From contig BCKZ01000012.1 in the NCBI GenBank assembly GCA_001600815.1, positions 485,546-549,545 on the forward strand: a DNA stretch of 64,000 nt. Reading direction: 5' to 3'. Positions 24,371-36,501 of the stretch are shown one piece after another; position 1 is the first letter of the stretch, and each line of letters starts with the position of its first letter. Source of the stretch: Alloascoidea hylecoeti. Lineage: Eukaryota. Both the position numbers and the translations under genes were made by a program. The notes beneath the pieces are model-generated. The model saw only the letters and a program-made list of their open reading frames with translations. It made no database searches and was not told the DNA's origin.

Positions 24371-26879
24371 ATGCAATGCTAACTGATGTTTTGTTTTGTA
24401 ATATTTTATAATTTTATATAAACAGTAGCTATGGAATGGAGTGGAATGAAATGATAACTTATAGATTAATACAAAAAATATTATAATAAATATGCGATAA
24501 GAACCCTTTTTTTTATCAATTTAATAAAACTATGAATATGATATAACGTATATGAGTTTTTAACGTGTAATTGTAATGTTTAACTTTTAAGCATCATTTA
24601 TTTGCACAATATCAATTTCATCTAGATTCCTTTCTGAACATTCTTTTACAGTTTTGGTCTTAATTCTTGTAATTTTAATTTTCCTCTACAATTGAAATTG
24701 AGTTTCTATCATAATATGATTGACATCCTTCAAATATTTAGTGTTTAACACTAGTACTGTTTATTTAGTTGACGGTACAAAAAAATAATAGTATCATTAA
24801 CGAATTTAATCAACGTCCTGTTATTTTACCTTATCATTATATAATTAATTGATCTTGTAGTTCACCGTACCCATCTCATGAAGCCTCTCAGGCGAAATGT
24901 CACGGAACTTCATAGTGTTTCACACCCATATCCATATCGGTAATAATGCTGCCGAAACTTAGTTACACAGTTGGCCGATAATTACTGATCATAATGGCCT
25001 ATATTAAATTCAAATTCTCATAAATCAAAATTAAATTTTGAAATTACAGTACTAAACACTGTGAACAGTATAAACACTAACAATTTCTAATTAACTTAAA
25101 TTAAATTTAAACTCTGGTTCAATATTTTCATCATGATCATCTTCTGGATAAGTGTACGAAATAAATCTATTTGAAAGGAAATATTCAAATTTATAGTTAA
25201 TAATCTTGTATAATCATCAGGGTAGAATTTTGCGACTTCTCTTTCAACATCTTCAATTGAAATATATTCCTCAAATGCATTTGCCTCTTTTTTCTAATAT
25301 TGATTCAAGTTCCTTAACTTGACGTCATTCCCATTATTAGCATCTCTAGGGATAGCTCTTCCAGAAAGGTAGCAGTTCTAGTAGTGTATATATTCATATG
25401 GTACGCCTAAACGATAGGATGATTGTTACAGTAATATCGGGATTTAAGGCAACATCAACGACAGAAATAACTAAATCAACTAAAGTAATTGGAATATTGG
25501 TTTTATAACAATTGGTGTCATGATTATCAATATTATAATGACTATTATATCGAATGGTGATAGAGAATGGAAATTCTAGAACCAAAGAGAAGTTCAGTTG
25601 TACCGGTATATAAATGTTTACGTAGAGGGGACTATCTCTGTGAATTTATACATCTAAAGATCTTTATACTTTCTATATAATTTTGTAATATTTAAAATAA
25701 CTTGGAACCCAATGCCGAAGGAATTGTGTAGTGTCTCTTGGTTTTGTTTGTGTTTAAGGGTACAGTGTATAGGTAACATGGGCACTGTAACTTACTTGAG
25801 TGTTCTCTGAATATGTTATATAGGAAAGTGTAAAGTGTTGTACTAATCAATACGCATTTCAGAAGTTAAAAATATCTATAGTCAACCAGTTCGGAGTTCC
25901 AGAAAACAAACATGATATTAGAGATAGTGATATATATATAAGATAAGTTTTTAAAACATAAGAAAGACACTTATAGTTTATATAATTCGGGTCATTATAA
26001 TTATAAATGAAGATGAGATGATAAGGAAACCCCTGATATCAATATAAAAAGAATAAGAGAATCTCCTTCAACAGACAACTCAAAAAATCATTCAAGGCCA
26101 AATTCCATAATGAAATCGAATATGCATACAGATATGAAGCATTAATTAAAAATTAAAATCATTGTGTATTGACCCAGAAAGATATGAAATTGGACTTAAA
26201 GCTTTGAAGTTTTTGATTCTTTGCAGACTGGATTGTCAGGACATGAATACCTAAACCCGTAGCTTTTCTAAGGTTCCATATTGCTTTATATTTCTAGTCA
26301 ATTTTTGTTAAATATAATGGAGACTCGAATGAAAATAAAACCCCAATTATAAAAATAGTAGACCAAACAAGAGAAATAAGTGATATGAATTTCCACTGAC
26401 TATAATAATCAGTATTAATTTTGATATTTTCGGTGAGTTTAATATTAACACAGCTCCACTGAACATCCCAAGGGCAGTTATAATCTGGAAAAGATTAAGA
26501 GATAGTTGAAGAACAGACTGAGATGAATTTTCAGCTATCAATTCTCGGCGAACAACAGTTAAAGTTCCAGAACAAGCTCCAGTCAGAAATCTCCCATACA
26601 TAATACCTGAAAACCCCCCTATTTTTACTACAGGTATACATTGCAATTATTACTTTTTTAGATATTAATATAATTAATATTCTGTATGTATATAATAAAC
26701 TTAGATTTGATTCCTCCTCGAGCTCGACCTCTTGTGATATATCTTCATCATTTTATTTAGATTAAGTATTATGATAAGATATTTGGAAATGTTACAAATC
26801 CCAAGTTGATCCCAGTTTTAGTATTATCACTAGTTTTCTTTGGAATCTTTCCACGAAGCTTAAGGGGAAGAGTAAATTC

Positions 26880-27200
26880 TACAGAAAGTTCTGTTTCCTT
26901 CTGACATAATATCTACATAACATTATTTGTGCCTCATTTCAAATAGATGCACTTTTCCTTTAATATACCTATAGCTTATCTCATTTTCTTATCTTAATCT
27001 ATCATCTCACCTTTTTAATTTCAAAACTCTAATCCAATGATTATAGTGCCTTCTGATGAATTTTCCACACCATAAAAGTGAGACTGTTGAGACTGATCGA
27101 ACAATTTATAGGGGCATTACATCCAAGGCTTAGCACATTTTCTCCAATATTTCCCTCCAGCAATTTTGACCTCGAAGGAGGTCTCGATATTAATATCCAA
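26880..27200 (-). mobile_element. possible highly decayed Mutator-like (MULE) transposase remnant
   Basis: Across stops and a frameshift it reads EMID*DKKMR*AIGIL.../NEAQIMLCRYYVRRKQNF, resembling the MULE TD.D.A...AI....P.....LC.FH...N motif. Confidence 0.3.
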
Positions 27201-28383
27201 TCAATAGTTTTAACGATTACATTAGCTATTAGAACTCTAAATGACCCTGAAAATCACCCTTACTATACTAACGATTATGTTGCGATTAATTTATTATCAA
27301 CCTATAACTACGCGTACAATTCTCAATAATGGTCCTCTTAAGGATTTAATTATGATTAGGACTAAAGTTTGAATTAGATAGTCATTATATATTACATCAA
27401 AATATAAATGAGTGAAAGACATTTCAAGATAAAGGTTTAAAATAATAAATAAAACTCAATTGCAAGAGTTTTAGAAAAATTCCAATTTCAAAAACATATA
27501 AACTTATACGACCAGTATAAAAATAGAATTTAAACGATTGATTGTTATAAAAAAGTTATTGATTTTTGATTGGATTTGCAATTGAGATATCGATTCTCAA
27601 TTTATCAGTTATTTAACTAAAAAATTAAAAATCATCAATTATAAATTTATGAAAATAAAATATATAAACCAGAGATAAAAAGGTTCTCTTTTATTGCATT
27701 AACGATTTTTAATTCAATTAATATACTTAATATTCAAACACAGAATAGTAATCGATTCTCAGGTGATATAACGGTTAACGTTATAGATATACTTGTAATT
27801 AATTAGTTTGAAAACAGTTTACTTCCTAAAAATGAAAATAAAGAAATTTAGAAGAAAAAAATTATAAATACTTTTTAGAGCATGATATAAATAATTGTAA
27901 GAAGAAAAGGTAAATAAATAAGTAAACAAATAGAGCAACTTTAATTTTCAATTAGTTATTAATATAAAAAGCAATATAATTAACGTAAAAAGTGAAGACG
28001 AAACGAAACATAAACCTAAACACAAATAAAAATTAAAAGTATTAAAAAAAAAAACTAAATGTATATTCCTGTTTCTTCAACTCCCCAAATATTTTTTACC
28101 AACTTTGATATTTCACTGTTTTTTTTGTTGTTTTTTGTTTCTAAAAGAACTCGTTTTAAGTATTTAAGAGATAGTATATCTTTCGTAGTTTCGATTCTAT
28201 ATTTCCATTTTTTTTTCAAGACTAATATTAGTATAACAATATCAAATATATATTTTCTTGTTATTGTATTTCTATAGTCATTACATAATAAGACACATTA
28301 AGACACATCTATATTATTGTTGTTTAAACCCATTGCATGTTTGTATGTCTGTATATTTATTTTAAAATATATTATTAAGTTTC

Positions 28384-31300
28384 TTATTCAGAAACAGTTT
28401 CAGCTTTAGCCATATTTGATAATGGATCTGTATTTAACCTTACAGTATTTGGTCTATCGACTTCATCACCATTATCAAGACCTAAAGCCAAATTATCAAA
28501 ATCATCAGGTTTTTCAAAAATATTAATAACATCTACTGATTTTAGATATGTTTCACATTTTGTAATGATTTCCTTTGTAGTAATTTCTTCAGATGTATCA
28601 TCATCATCATCTCCAATTAAACCACTCTTTTTAGCAATGTCTAGTAAATATGTTGGAACATGACAGAAATAATCATGATGTTCAATTAAAGAATCAACAA
28701 CTTCAATACCTAAAAAGTATGATTCACCAGTCCCGGCAGCAGCAGCAATTGAAGCAGCAGCATTGGATGTATCTTTTATATTAGAACTTTGAGCATATAG
28801 GATATTTGGTGTAATAACAGTACTTAAATTATGAGAGTCCATCTTTGAACCAGTATTTTCATCAATTTGAGAAAAAGATGCAACCCATTTAAAGAAAAAT
28901 AATAAAACTTCAATCAAATCTCTATAACTTATTGGTAACATACAATAAACCAAATGAATGAATTTATTTCTTGCACTTAAATTTGAAATCTTTTGACTAT
29001 GAATCCATAAATCATATAATTTAAATGTCATTAAAGGATCAGGTAATTCACGTAACCATTTTTTAAATAAAGCTGCTAAATTGACTGCATTTTCTTTTGC
29101 GAAATCAGGACTTTTATTTGGATTTTTATCAACTAATTCAGTTAATTCCCTTAATCTTTTTATATTACCATTTTTTCTAAATATACCTTCAATTGACATA
29201 TCCATTTGTCTTAAAGCTGAAATTGAATCATCAACAAATGCAGGGATCCTTAGTTTTTTAGGGCTAACACCATGTGAAGAATCAGTACCATAATTTTCTG
29301 TTAATACATCAATAGATAATCCAAATACTTGTTTACCATTTGGACTTGGTCCTGAAGAATTACCACCAAAAGATTTCCCAACTTTACCCCAGAATGTTAA
29401 TGGTTTTCTTGTCGGTATTAAAAGTAGTAATTGATCCACTGTAAATTGATCACCAGTATAATGTTTAATTAATACAACAGCAATATGTCTTAAGATAAAA
29501 TGTTCAGCAGGCGTTAATTCAGCAAAGAATTTAGATTTTCCTTGTTTTCGTAGTCTATTTTGTAAACTACCATGACCGATTGTACCAATTGCCTTTGGTT
29601 TAGGATAATTTAATGGTAAAGTTTTTTGATGCCTGAAAGCATTCGGTCGTTGCTCTCGAGCCTGCTCTGCAGCAACAATTCGAGGTATATCATCTAATGT
29701 TAATGATTTTTCATTTTTTAAAAGATCTGAAGTCATCCCTAATCGTACTCCATTTGCATCTTGCATTTCTTCTTCAATTCTTAATGATCTTGACATTTTT
29801 GGTGATTCATTATAACTTTTTTGTGATGGTGAAGTACCAATTGATCTTGGAGATTTTGCTAATTGTTCTTGTGATGATCCAGTAATAACACCTTTCTGTT
29901 CATCATACGGTGTTGCTACAACTCTTGACATTCTTGCCTTTTGTGTAACTGATTTTGATAATTCTCTATCAACAAGTGATGAACGAATTGTTCTTATATC
30001 TTGTAATGTCTGTGTATAACCTTCATTTTGTCTTTGTGTTAAATTATTTGCATCATGAAGATTTGAACTTGATTGAGATTTTAATTTATTATTCATTGAA
30101 GCACTTTGACTATGACTATGTCCATGTTTTTGCTTTTGCTGTATCATTACTAAATCAGCTAATCTTGATCTTATTAATGCGATTTTTAATAAATAAATCA
30201 TTTGTGATAAATAAGTTACATCTTCGTAACCATATTTTGCATTTGGATAATGTGTTGCACATTGAATACATATAACTTTTGATGTTTCAACATCATATAA
30301 AGAATCTTCTAATTCATCTTTTAATGGCCTATCACAATCTGAACATGTGAAACAATCACGATGCCATAATAAATCTTGGAATCGAATACATGCATTTTCT
30401 ATACTTTTACCACATGTAACACATGAATCAGTTGCTGATGGTTGAATACCTAAAGTTGGAAAAGGGTCTGAAGGGATATTTTCATGATATTGAACATTTT
30501 CAAGAAAATTGTCGAGAGCTATAGTTGAAAATTGATCTTTATTACATTGTAATGAATTTGATAAACCATTCCTTATCATTAATTTTAAATAATGTGCTAA
30601 TCCAGTGACTATAGCTAATAATTCTTGAGTTACCCCACCAAGAGTTTTACCATTATCAGGACTTAATTGATTTTGTGAAGCCATTTTATATTTCCGTAAA
30701 ACTGACAGATAAGTCATTAATTTACCTGATAAACTTCTTGGTTCTTTACCAATTAATTGATATTTATAAGAATCATCTTCAGAATTTATTGTGTCGTTTT
30801 CCGCAGTTCCATTATTAGAAGATATTCTTTTCCGTTGTTTATGAATTAAATCTTGTATACCTAAAGAATCAATACCAGCAAATAAACATTGTATTTTTAA
30901 AACTAATCTAGCCGTAGCCATTAAACCATTTGTATAATCACCAGTTGAAGCATGTTGTAACATATCCGAAATACAAGCAGCAGTTGATTCTTCAAAACTT
31001 GATAAAGTCATCCACATTGTCATTACAGTATTTTCCATTTTATTTTCAACTTCAAATAATTCATCATGAGATAATTCTTTTAAATCTATAGTACCATTAT
31101 GAACAGTTGGTAAAGCAAGACAATCAAGAGTTACTATAATGTTCCAGAATTTATGAACCATATAACATTCTGGATGCCAATGTTGCGTTCTGCCACCTCT
31201 ATAAACTTCAACAAATTGTTTTAAAATAGAACATGCGCATCCTTCACATTTTGAAGCGTGTATTGTTGAATAATGATAATGACAGAAGATTTCCTCATCA

Positions 31301-31977
31301 TGTTCATAAAAACTTTCATCGGTTTCAAATACTTTATGACAGGCAGAACACGTAAAATGTTCCAAATGGTACTTTCTGCCTAGAGCAGTGATGTAAGGGC
31401 CACGTAGAGCAGTATTACAGGAATAACATATGAGATCCAATCTTTTGAAGTAATGATATTCACATAGGGGCACTACAGTTGAAGATTCCACCATTTCAGT
31501 TGTTGTTGAAGATCCAACAAGTTTTTCAGGGACAGTGATGGGCACTTGCAGAGGGAAGAACTTTGAAGAGCATAACGTGCCACAATCATAACATCTAAAG
31601 CAGTCGATATGATAGGCAGCACCCAGGGCCCGTACAAACTGGCCGGAAATGGGTTTCCCACAGGTTTTACAATATTTCGTGTCGTGTTTTGATTTTGCGT
31701 CGTGTTTTTGTTGTTGAGCTTGCTGTTGTTTTTGGGGGGAGGAGGTGAGGACGGACTGTTGTGAGGGCATGGACTGCATGGCGGGCATGGGGGGGATCAG
31801 GGCCTTCCAGTCGGTGGACTGGGTGGAGCCCTGAGAGCGAGGGGGGGCGGAAGGTCTGTTTGTCATGGAGACATTTCCAATCACCATGCTATAAAATCGA
31901 AAATTCAGGAAGAAGAATACTTTTATTTTGGTGGGTTCCGCCTCGTGCAGCGACATACGGTACACTTGTGCATCCAT
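28384..31977 (-). CDS. LRG1: LIM-domain Rho GTPase-activating protein (Lrg1/Rga1 type); true start may be the ATG at 31866
   Basis: Three LIM domains (C..C...ISGQFVRALG..YH..CF.C), TLDDIPRIVAAEQAREQRPNAF, RhoGAP EGIFRKNGNI, GSKMDSHNLSTVITPNIL. Confidence 0.92.
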   Translation of the reverse strand: MDAQVYRMSLHEAEPTKIKVFFFLNFRFYSMVIGNVSMTNRPSAPPRSQGSTQSTDWKALIPPMPAMQSMPSQQSVLTSSPQKQQQAQQQKHDAKSKHDTKYCKTCGKPISGQFVRALGAAYHIDCFRCYDCGTLCSSKFFPLQVPITVPEKLVGSSTTTEMVESSTVVPLCEYHYFKRLDLICYSCNTALRGPYITALGRKYHLEHFTCSACHKVFETDESFYEHDEEIFCHYHYSTIHASKCEGCACSILKQFVEVYRGGRTQHWHPECYMVHKFWNIIVTLDCLALPTVHNGTIDLKELSHDELFEVENKMENTVMTMWMTLSSFEESTAACISDMLQHASTGDYTNGLMATARLVLKIQCLFAGIDSLGIQDLIHKQRKRISSNNGTAENDTINSEDDSYKYQLIGKEPRSLSGKLMTYLSVLRKYKMASQNQLSPDNGKTLGGVTQELLAIVTGLAHYLKLMIRNGLSNSLQCNKDQFSTIALDNFLENVQYHENIPSDPFPTLGIQPSATDSCVTCGKSIENACIRFQDLLWHRDCFTCSDCDRPLKDELEDSLYDVETSKVICIQCATHYPNAKYGYEDVTYLSQMIYLLKIALIRSRLADLVMIQQKQKHGHSHSQSASMNNKLKSQSSSNLHDANNLTQRQNEGYTQTLQDIRTIRSSLVDRELSKSVTQKARMSRVVATPYDEQKGVITGSSQEQLAKSPRSIGTSPSQKSYNESPKMSRSLRIEEEMQDANGVRLGMTSDLLKNEKSLTLDDIPRIVAAEQAREQRPNAFRHQKTLPLNYPKPKAIGTIGHGSLQNRLRKQGKSKFFAELTPAEHFILRHIAVVLIKHYTGDQFTVDQLLLLIPTRKPLTFWGKVGKSFGGNSSGPSPNGKQVFGLSIDVLTENYGTDSSHGVSPKKLRIPAFVDDSISALRQMDMSIEGIFRKNGNIKRLRELTELVDKNPNKSPDFAKENAVNLAALFKKWLRELPDPLMTFKLYDLWIHSQKISNLSARNKFIHLVYCMLPISYRDLIEVLLFFFKWVASFSQIDENTGSKMDSHNLSTVITPNILYAQSSNIKDTSNAAASIAAAAGTGESYFLGIEVVDSLIEHHDYFCHVPTYLLDIAKKSGLIGDDDDDTSEEITTKEIITKCETYLKSVDVINIFEKPDDFDNLALGLDNGDEVDRPNTVRLNTDPLSNMAKAETVSE

Positions 31978-32071
31978 TTATAACCTAAATCTTTTTTATT
32001 TTGTTTTATATTTTTTTATTTTGTATTAAACTACTCTAATATTTAAATCAACTTCATATTTTAAATGATAA

Positions 32072-35000
32072 TTATAAATTTACTCGTTCTTCAATTTCAC
32101 GTCTCTTCTCAATCATAAACTCAAAAAATGCAAATTGTCCAGGATTAACTCCTTTACTATAAACAAACCTTCCCGCAAGATAAGATCCAAAAATAGCTTT
32201 TAAATAAGCACTTGGAACTCTTTCTAAAATAACATCTAATCCAATTGTTGATATTAATAATTTAGGTAAAGCTTCTTGTAAAACAGAATTACGGAATTCA
32301 ACATCTTCCCATAAATTTGATTTTGATAATTCTTCATTTAAATTATTAATTGCATAAGATAATTCATCAGAAATAATTGATCTTGGTTTACCAGTTAATT
32401 CAAATTCATTCCATAAAGCTTCAAATTCTAATCTTGCATTATTTTTAACAATTGATTGAACTTCTTTAACATATTCTTGATAAAATTTAGGAATTGTACC
32501 ATCATCATGAACACACATATTTTCTTTATGACCAGCATCATCAAAAGCTAATGATGCTAAAACTTCTAATGATGATGAAGTTACACCACCTTTATTTGCA
32601 GTTGCATCTTTATATAATATAGCACCAGCTTTTTCTAATCTTAATTTTGCAGGTTGTGTAATAAATAAATTTGCACCTTCAACAATAAAAGGAATTAGAC
32701 TTTTACCAGTTTCTTTATCAATTAATTTTTCAACATTACTAATATCAATTGCTGCTGGTCTACCACCACATGGTACTAATAATTTTTGTCCAACATATTT
32801 TAAATGAAATAAATTACGGAAAGTTGTACCATTTGTAATAAATTCACCATTTGGTAAAGTAATATTTTTATCATCAATTAATACTTTATAACCTTTTGAA
32901 CTTAATAATTTAGAATCAAATTCTTGAATCATTACTCTTTTTTTAGCTAATCGAGTTAATTCTTGACGATTTAATCCTAATGGATCAAATAAAACTCCAC
33001 TACCATCAACAATACCTAAATATTTTTCATTTTTTGTTGATTGTAAAATTTCATTTGAACCTAAATCACCATCAGGACCACCAGTTTGAATTTTATCAAT
33101 TTCTTTATTTTCTAAATTTAATTTTCCATAAATACCATTAACCATTTCTCTAACAGATAAAGTTGTCATACCATATTCATCATGTGGTATACCACCAAGT
33201 TTTGGATTTTTACCAGTGAAAAAAGATTTCCAAAATGATGCTCCACGTTTTTTTGCATGTAATGTTGCCCAATCAACTAAATTTGCAGTATTTTCATCAG
33301 GACCTAAAAATAAAATTTCTTCTTTACCATATAAATCAATAATTTGATCTTTAATACCTGGTGAATCACCTTTTAATAATAAATCTAAAATTGAATCAAT
33401 ATATTTATAAAAAGATAATTTTAATTTATCATCAGTTTGTGAATCAGTATTTAATAATATAACACCTTTTGAACCACCTTCAGGTATATCTTTATTTTTT
33501 CTTTGTTGAGTATTTGCTAAACCATAATTTTCATCAAATAAAGTTCTTGTATTAATTTGATGAGCTTCTAAATTTCTACTTTTAACAATTCTAATACCAC
33601 CTCTTGCAATATCTTTAAATCTTAAATGAAAACCTCTAAATTCTTGTCCAACAACTAAAAACATACCATATAATGGTTGAGGATATTCAGAAATTGGTAA
33701 AAATTTTGGATCAATTCTAAATGAAAGTGCAATTTTTGTTGGAGTATAAAAATTTGTTTTTAAAACATGATTATTAAATAATAAAATTGCATTTAAAACT
33801 AAAACTTGATGTTCATTTGAACAATTTAATTTAATTAATTTTTCTAATTCCAAAGAAGTATAATTTTTATTTGATTGAATTCTTTGATATGATAAAGTTG
33901 GTAAAAATTCAGAATTTGATTCACCAGTTGATTGAATATAATGAGAATTTGCAAAATTTAAATATAATTGAGAAATTAAATCAATTTTTGAATTAATTAT
34001 ATCTAATATATAATCAGTTGTAAAAGTTTCAGATCTTAATCTTTTTTTTAAATTTTCTAAAATTTCTTGATGTTCAGGATTTTCTAAATTTAAAATTGAA
34101 GAAATTGATGAATATTCAGAACCTAAACGATTTAAAAAATGTGTTACAAAAATTGAAACAGAATGAGCATAAATTGCTTCTTGTAAAGAAATTTCACCAT
34201 TTGCAAAACGAGATTGGAAATTATTTGTTGGTAAACAATAAAGTAAAGAAGCTTCTTTAATAACTTGATGAATTGAATGTTCAATTGGAGGATAATTATA
34301 AACTTTTGCATTTCCTGAATTATTAGTTGTAATTGGTTTTAATGGAGCAGGTATTAAATAAATACAAATGACGGTAACACCATTTGAAAATTGTTCAACA
34401 TATTTTCTTGAAGAAGTTAAACCATAATAATGATATAAATCACTTAAAGCAGAAAAATAATTTGTAGTTGAAGCTTGACGATAACCAATAATAATTCTTT
34501 TTTCTCTTGAATTATCAACATCAAAATATTCAATAACTGGACCAGTTCTTGCAACAACTTGATTAATAATATTTTGATAAATTTTTTTAGTATTATCAGT
34601 TGAAGTTTCATAAAAAACTTTATCTGAAATTATAGATAAATCAGTTTCATTTTCATTTGAATCAGGATTTAAAAAATCACACTTATAAACAAAATAACAA
34701 CGTAAACGTTCTTCTTCAAAACTTAAAGATTTATTATTAGAAGTAGTATCAGCTTTTGTTGAAGAAGGAGATCTAAAAGTTTCAACTCTATAGGCTAAAT
34801 CTTTTTTAGAAGGATCAATATATTTTGATTCAATTCTTTTTTCATATTGAGGACCATTTAAATTGGAAACACCAGGTAAAGAAGTATCGATATAAACGGC
34901 ATGATCATCAGTTTCTCTGTCTAAACGAATATGAACGGAATCATCACCTTTAGCATAAGCAGCTAATTTAGCGGCGTATAAAGAATGAATATGAGAAACG

Positions 35001-35352
35001 ATATTTTCAACGGATTCTCTAGCGAAATAAATATCGTCAATTCCTAAATTTTCATAGAACCACTAAAAATAGAATTAAAAGAAAAAGTTAGCGAAAACGT
35101 GAAAAGTGAAAAGTGAAAAGTGAAAAGTGAAAAGTGAAAAGTGAGTGATTAATTAGAGTTGGAGGTGCATACTTTTGTTTCCAGTTCAATGAGGTTTTCA
35201 GGGATGAAGCCATTTCTGTCAATTTCGTCCATTACGGATTCCATTTGGGCCTCTTTTCCAGAGAACGGAGAAGGAATGTAGGAAGCAGTGGCAGGAACAT
35301 GTTTTGGCGAAGAGCAAGCCGGCGAAGGAGAAGGAAGCTGGACGGATGTCAT
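32072..35352 (-). CDS. GDH2: NAD-specific glutamate dehydrogenase, join(35173..35352,32072..35062), 1056 aa
   Basis: Exon 1 ORF 35149-35352 (F.GKE.QM..VMD.ID..GFIP); intron 35063-35172 (GTATGC, CTAAC, TAG). Exon 2 read by hand is open from WFYENLGIDD into the tracked ORF; FRGFHLRFKDIARGGIRIV, KNKDIPEGGSKG, GPDENTA, QTGGPDGDLGSNE. Confidence 0.95.
35100..35143. repeat. heptamer tandem repeat (TGAAAAG)x6 inside the GDH2 intron
   Basis: Read directly; lies just upstream of the branch point on the minus strand. Confidence 0.9.
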
Positions 35353-35546
35353 TGTGAAGGGTCAAAGAAACAATTGCAGTGACAGCAGTAGTAATCGGTG
35401 TATATTGGGGTAATTGGGTAAATGGAATACAGAATGGAGAGGAGAAGAGAAAGAAAAAGAAGAAAACTGGAGAAATAACGGTTTTTTATATGAAAAAGAT
35501 ACATGTGCCTGCAGCAGGAGCGCGACGGAATCCGGAAACGGCGGGC

Positions 35547-35590
35547 GAACGAGCGGCGAACGCGCGGAGAACGAGCGGCGAACGAGCGGA
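35547..35590. repeat. 11-bp tandem repeat GAACG(A/C)GCGG(C/A) x4 in the GDH2 upstream region
   Basis: gaacgagcggc gaacgcgcgga gaacgagcggc gaacgagcgga. Confidence 0.85.
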
Positions 35591-35778
35591 GAATCCGGGA
35601 GCTACGGTGCGGGAAGTCTTCTGTTTGGGGAGACGGCGGAAGATAGCCGCGTGGATCCTATCTTTTTATCCGAGGTCAACAATCCAATCGGCGACTGACT
35701 ACTAGAAACGACAGCGGGAATAAGAAGAAAAGTTTAACAGCAATAATATAATAATTACATAGCAATTTCCCATCCACA

Positions 35779-36223
35779 TCACAACATGGCCTTTCCGTCT
35801 GGCTGCGAGTCCCTCAGCACCTTTTCGATCTTCAGGGCCTGGATGATGCTCCCTTTGACCTTCAACCGGCCCATCATGTAGTACTTCTGCGCTGTTGCCC
35901 GGCCCTCCACCATATTCTTGAGGTTCTGGTCTCCGACCGCAACCACCAAATCCGGTTTGTATGGGGACTGACCTCGGCCGACCTTGCCTTCGTGCTTTAG
36001 GTCGATCCACCAGCTTTCGACCCTGCCATCCTTGTTGCGAACCTTCATCACCACAACGGCTTTGGTCTTGTCGATGGTGTCCTTGCGTTTCTCGTCATTC
36101 TTCATTTCTTCCACCATGATGTCAAACACCCCGGAGGAGACAAAGTCATCTGTCTCCCGTTGCTTAGTTAGTACGCGAACTCCTCTATCATCTGTTATAT
36201 TGCTTACCAAGTTTAAGAGCCAT
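35779..36223 (-). CDS. SCP2 sterol/fatty-acid-binding protein (POX18-like), join(36208..36223,35779..36149), 128 aa
   Basis: MALKL|D with 58-nt intron (GTAAGC, TACTAAC, CAG); SCP2 features W.IDLK..G.V, AQK.YM.G.LKVKG.I..A.K; C-terminal AML is a PTS1-like variant. Confidence 0.87.
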
Positions 36224-36501
36224 GTTTGTTATACGTATTGCAAAGCACAAACCTGGCATGAATATTCCTATTTATATACCAATTGGCCCCCAAACTCTAT
36301 CTCCATTGATCTATCTACTACGGCATATGACACTTCTCCACTTCTTTATTCCTTCTTATTAATAGCTACTGCAATTGTTGTAGTTTGCTATCATTGCTAA
36401 TGCTAACACTATATGCATGTGAATAATCCCTGTCTACTACTGTGTCTATTTTAAATTTAAACATCACTAGCGAACCCCACATTATCAATAACATTACTGT
36501 A

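Noticed and set aside
31889..31958. possible GTATGT...TAG intron at the LRG1 5' end
   Set aside because: No canonical branch site, and splicing would put the first ATG out of frame; left unresolved.
35379..35705. overlapping ORFs with ERAANARRTSGERA-type repeats
   Set aside because: Artefact of the GC-rich GDH2 promoter and its 11-bp repeat.
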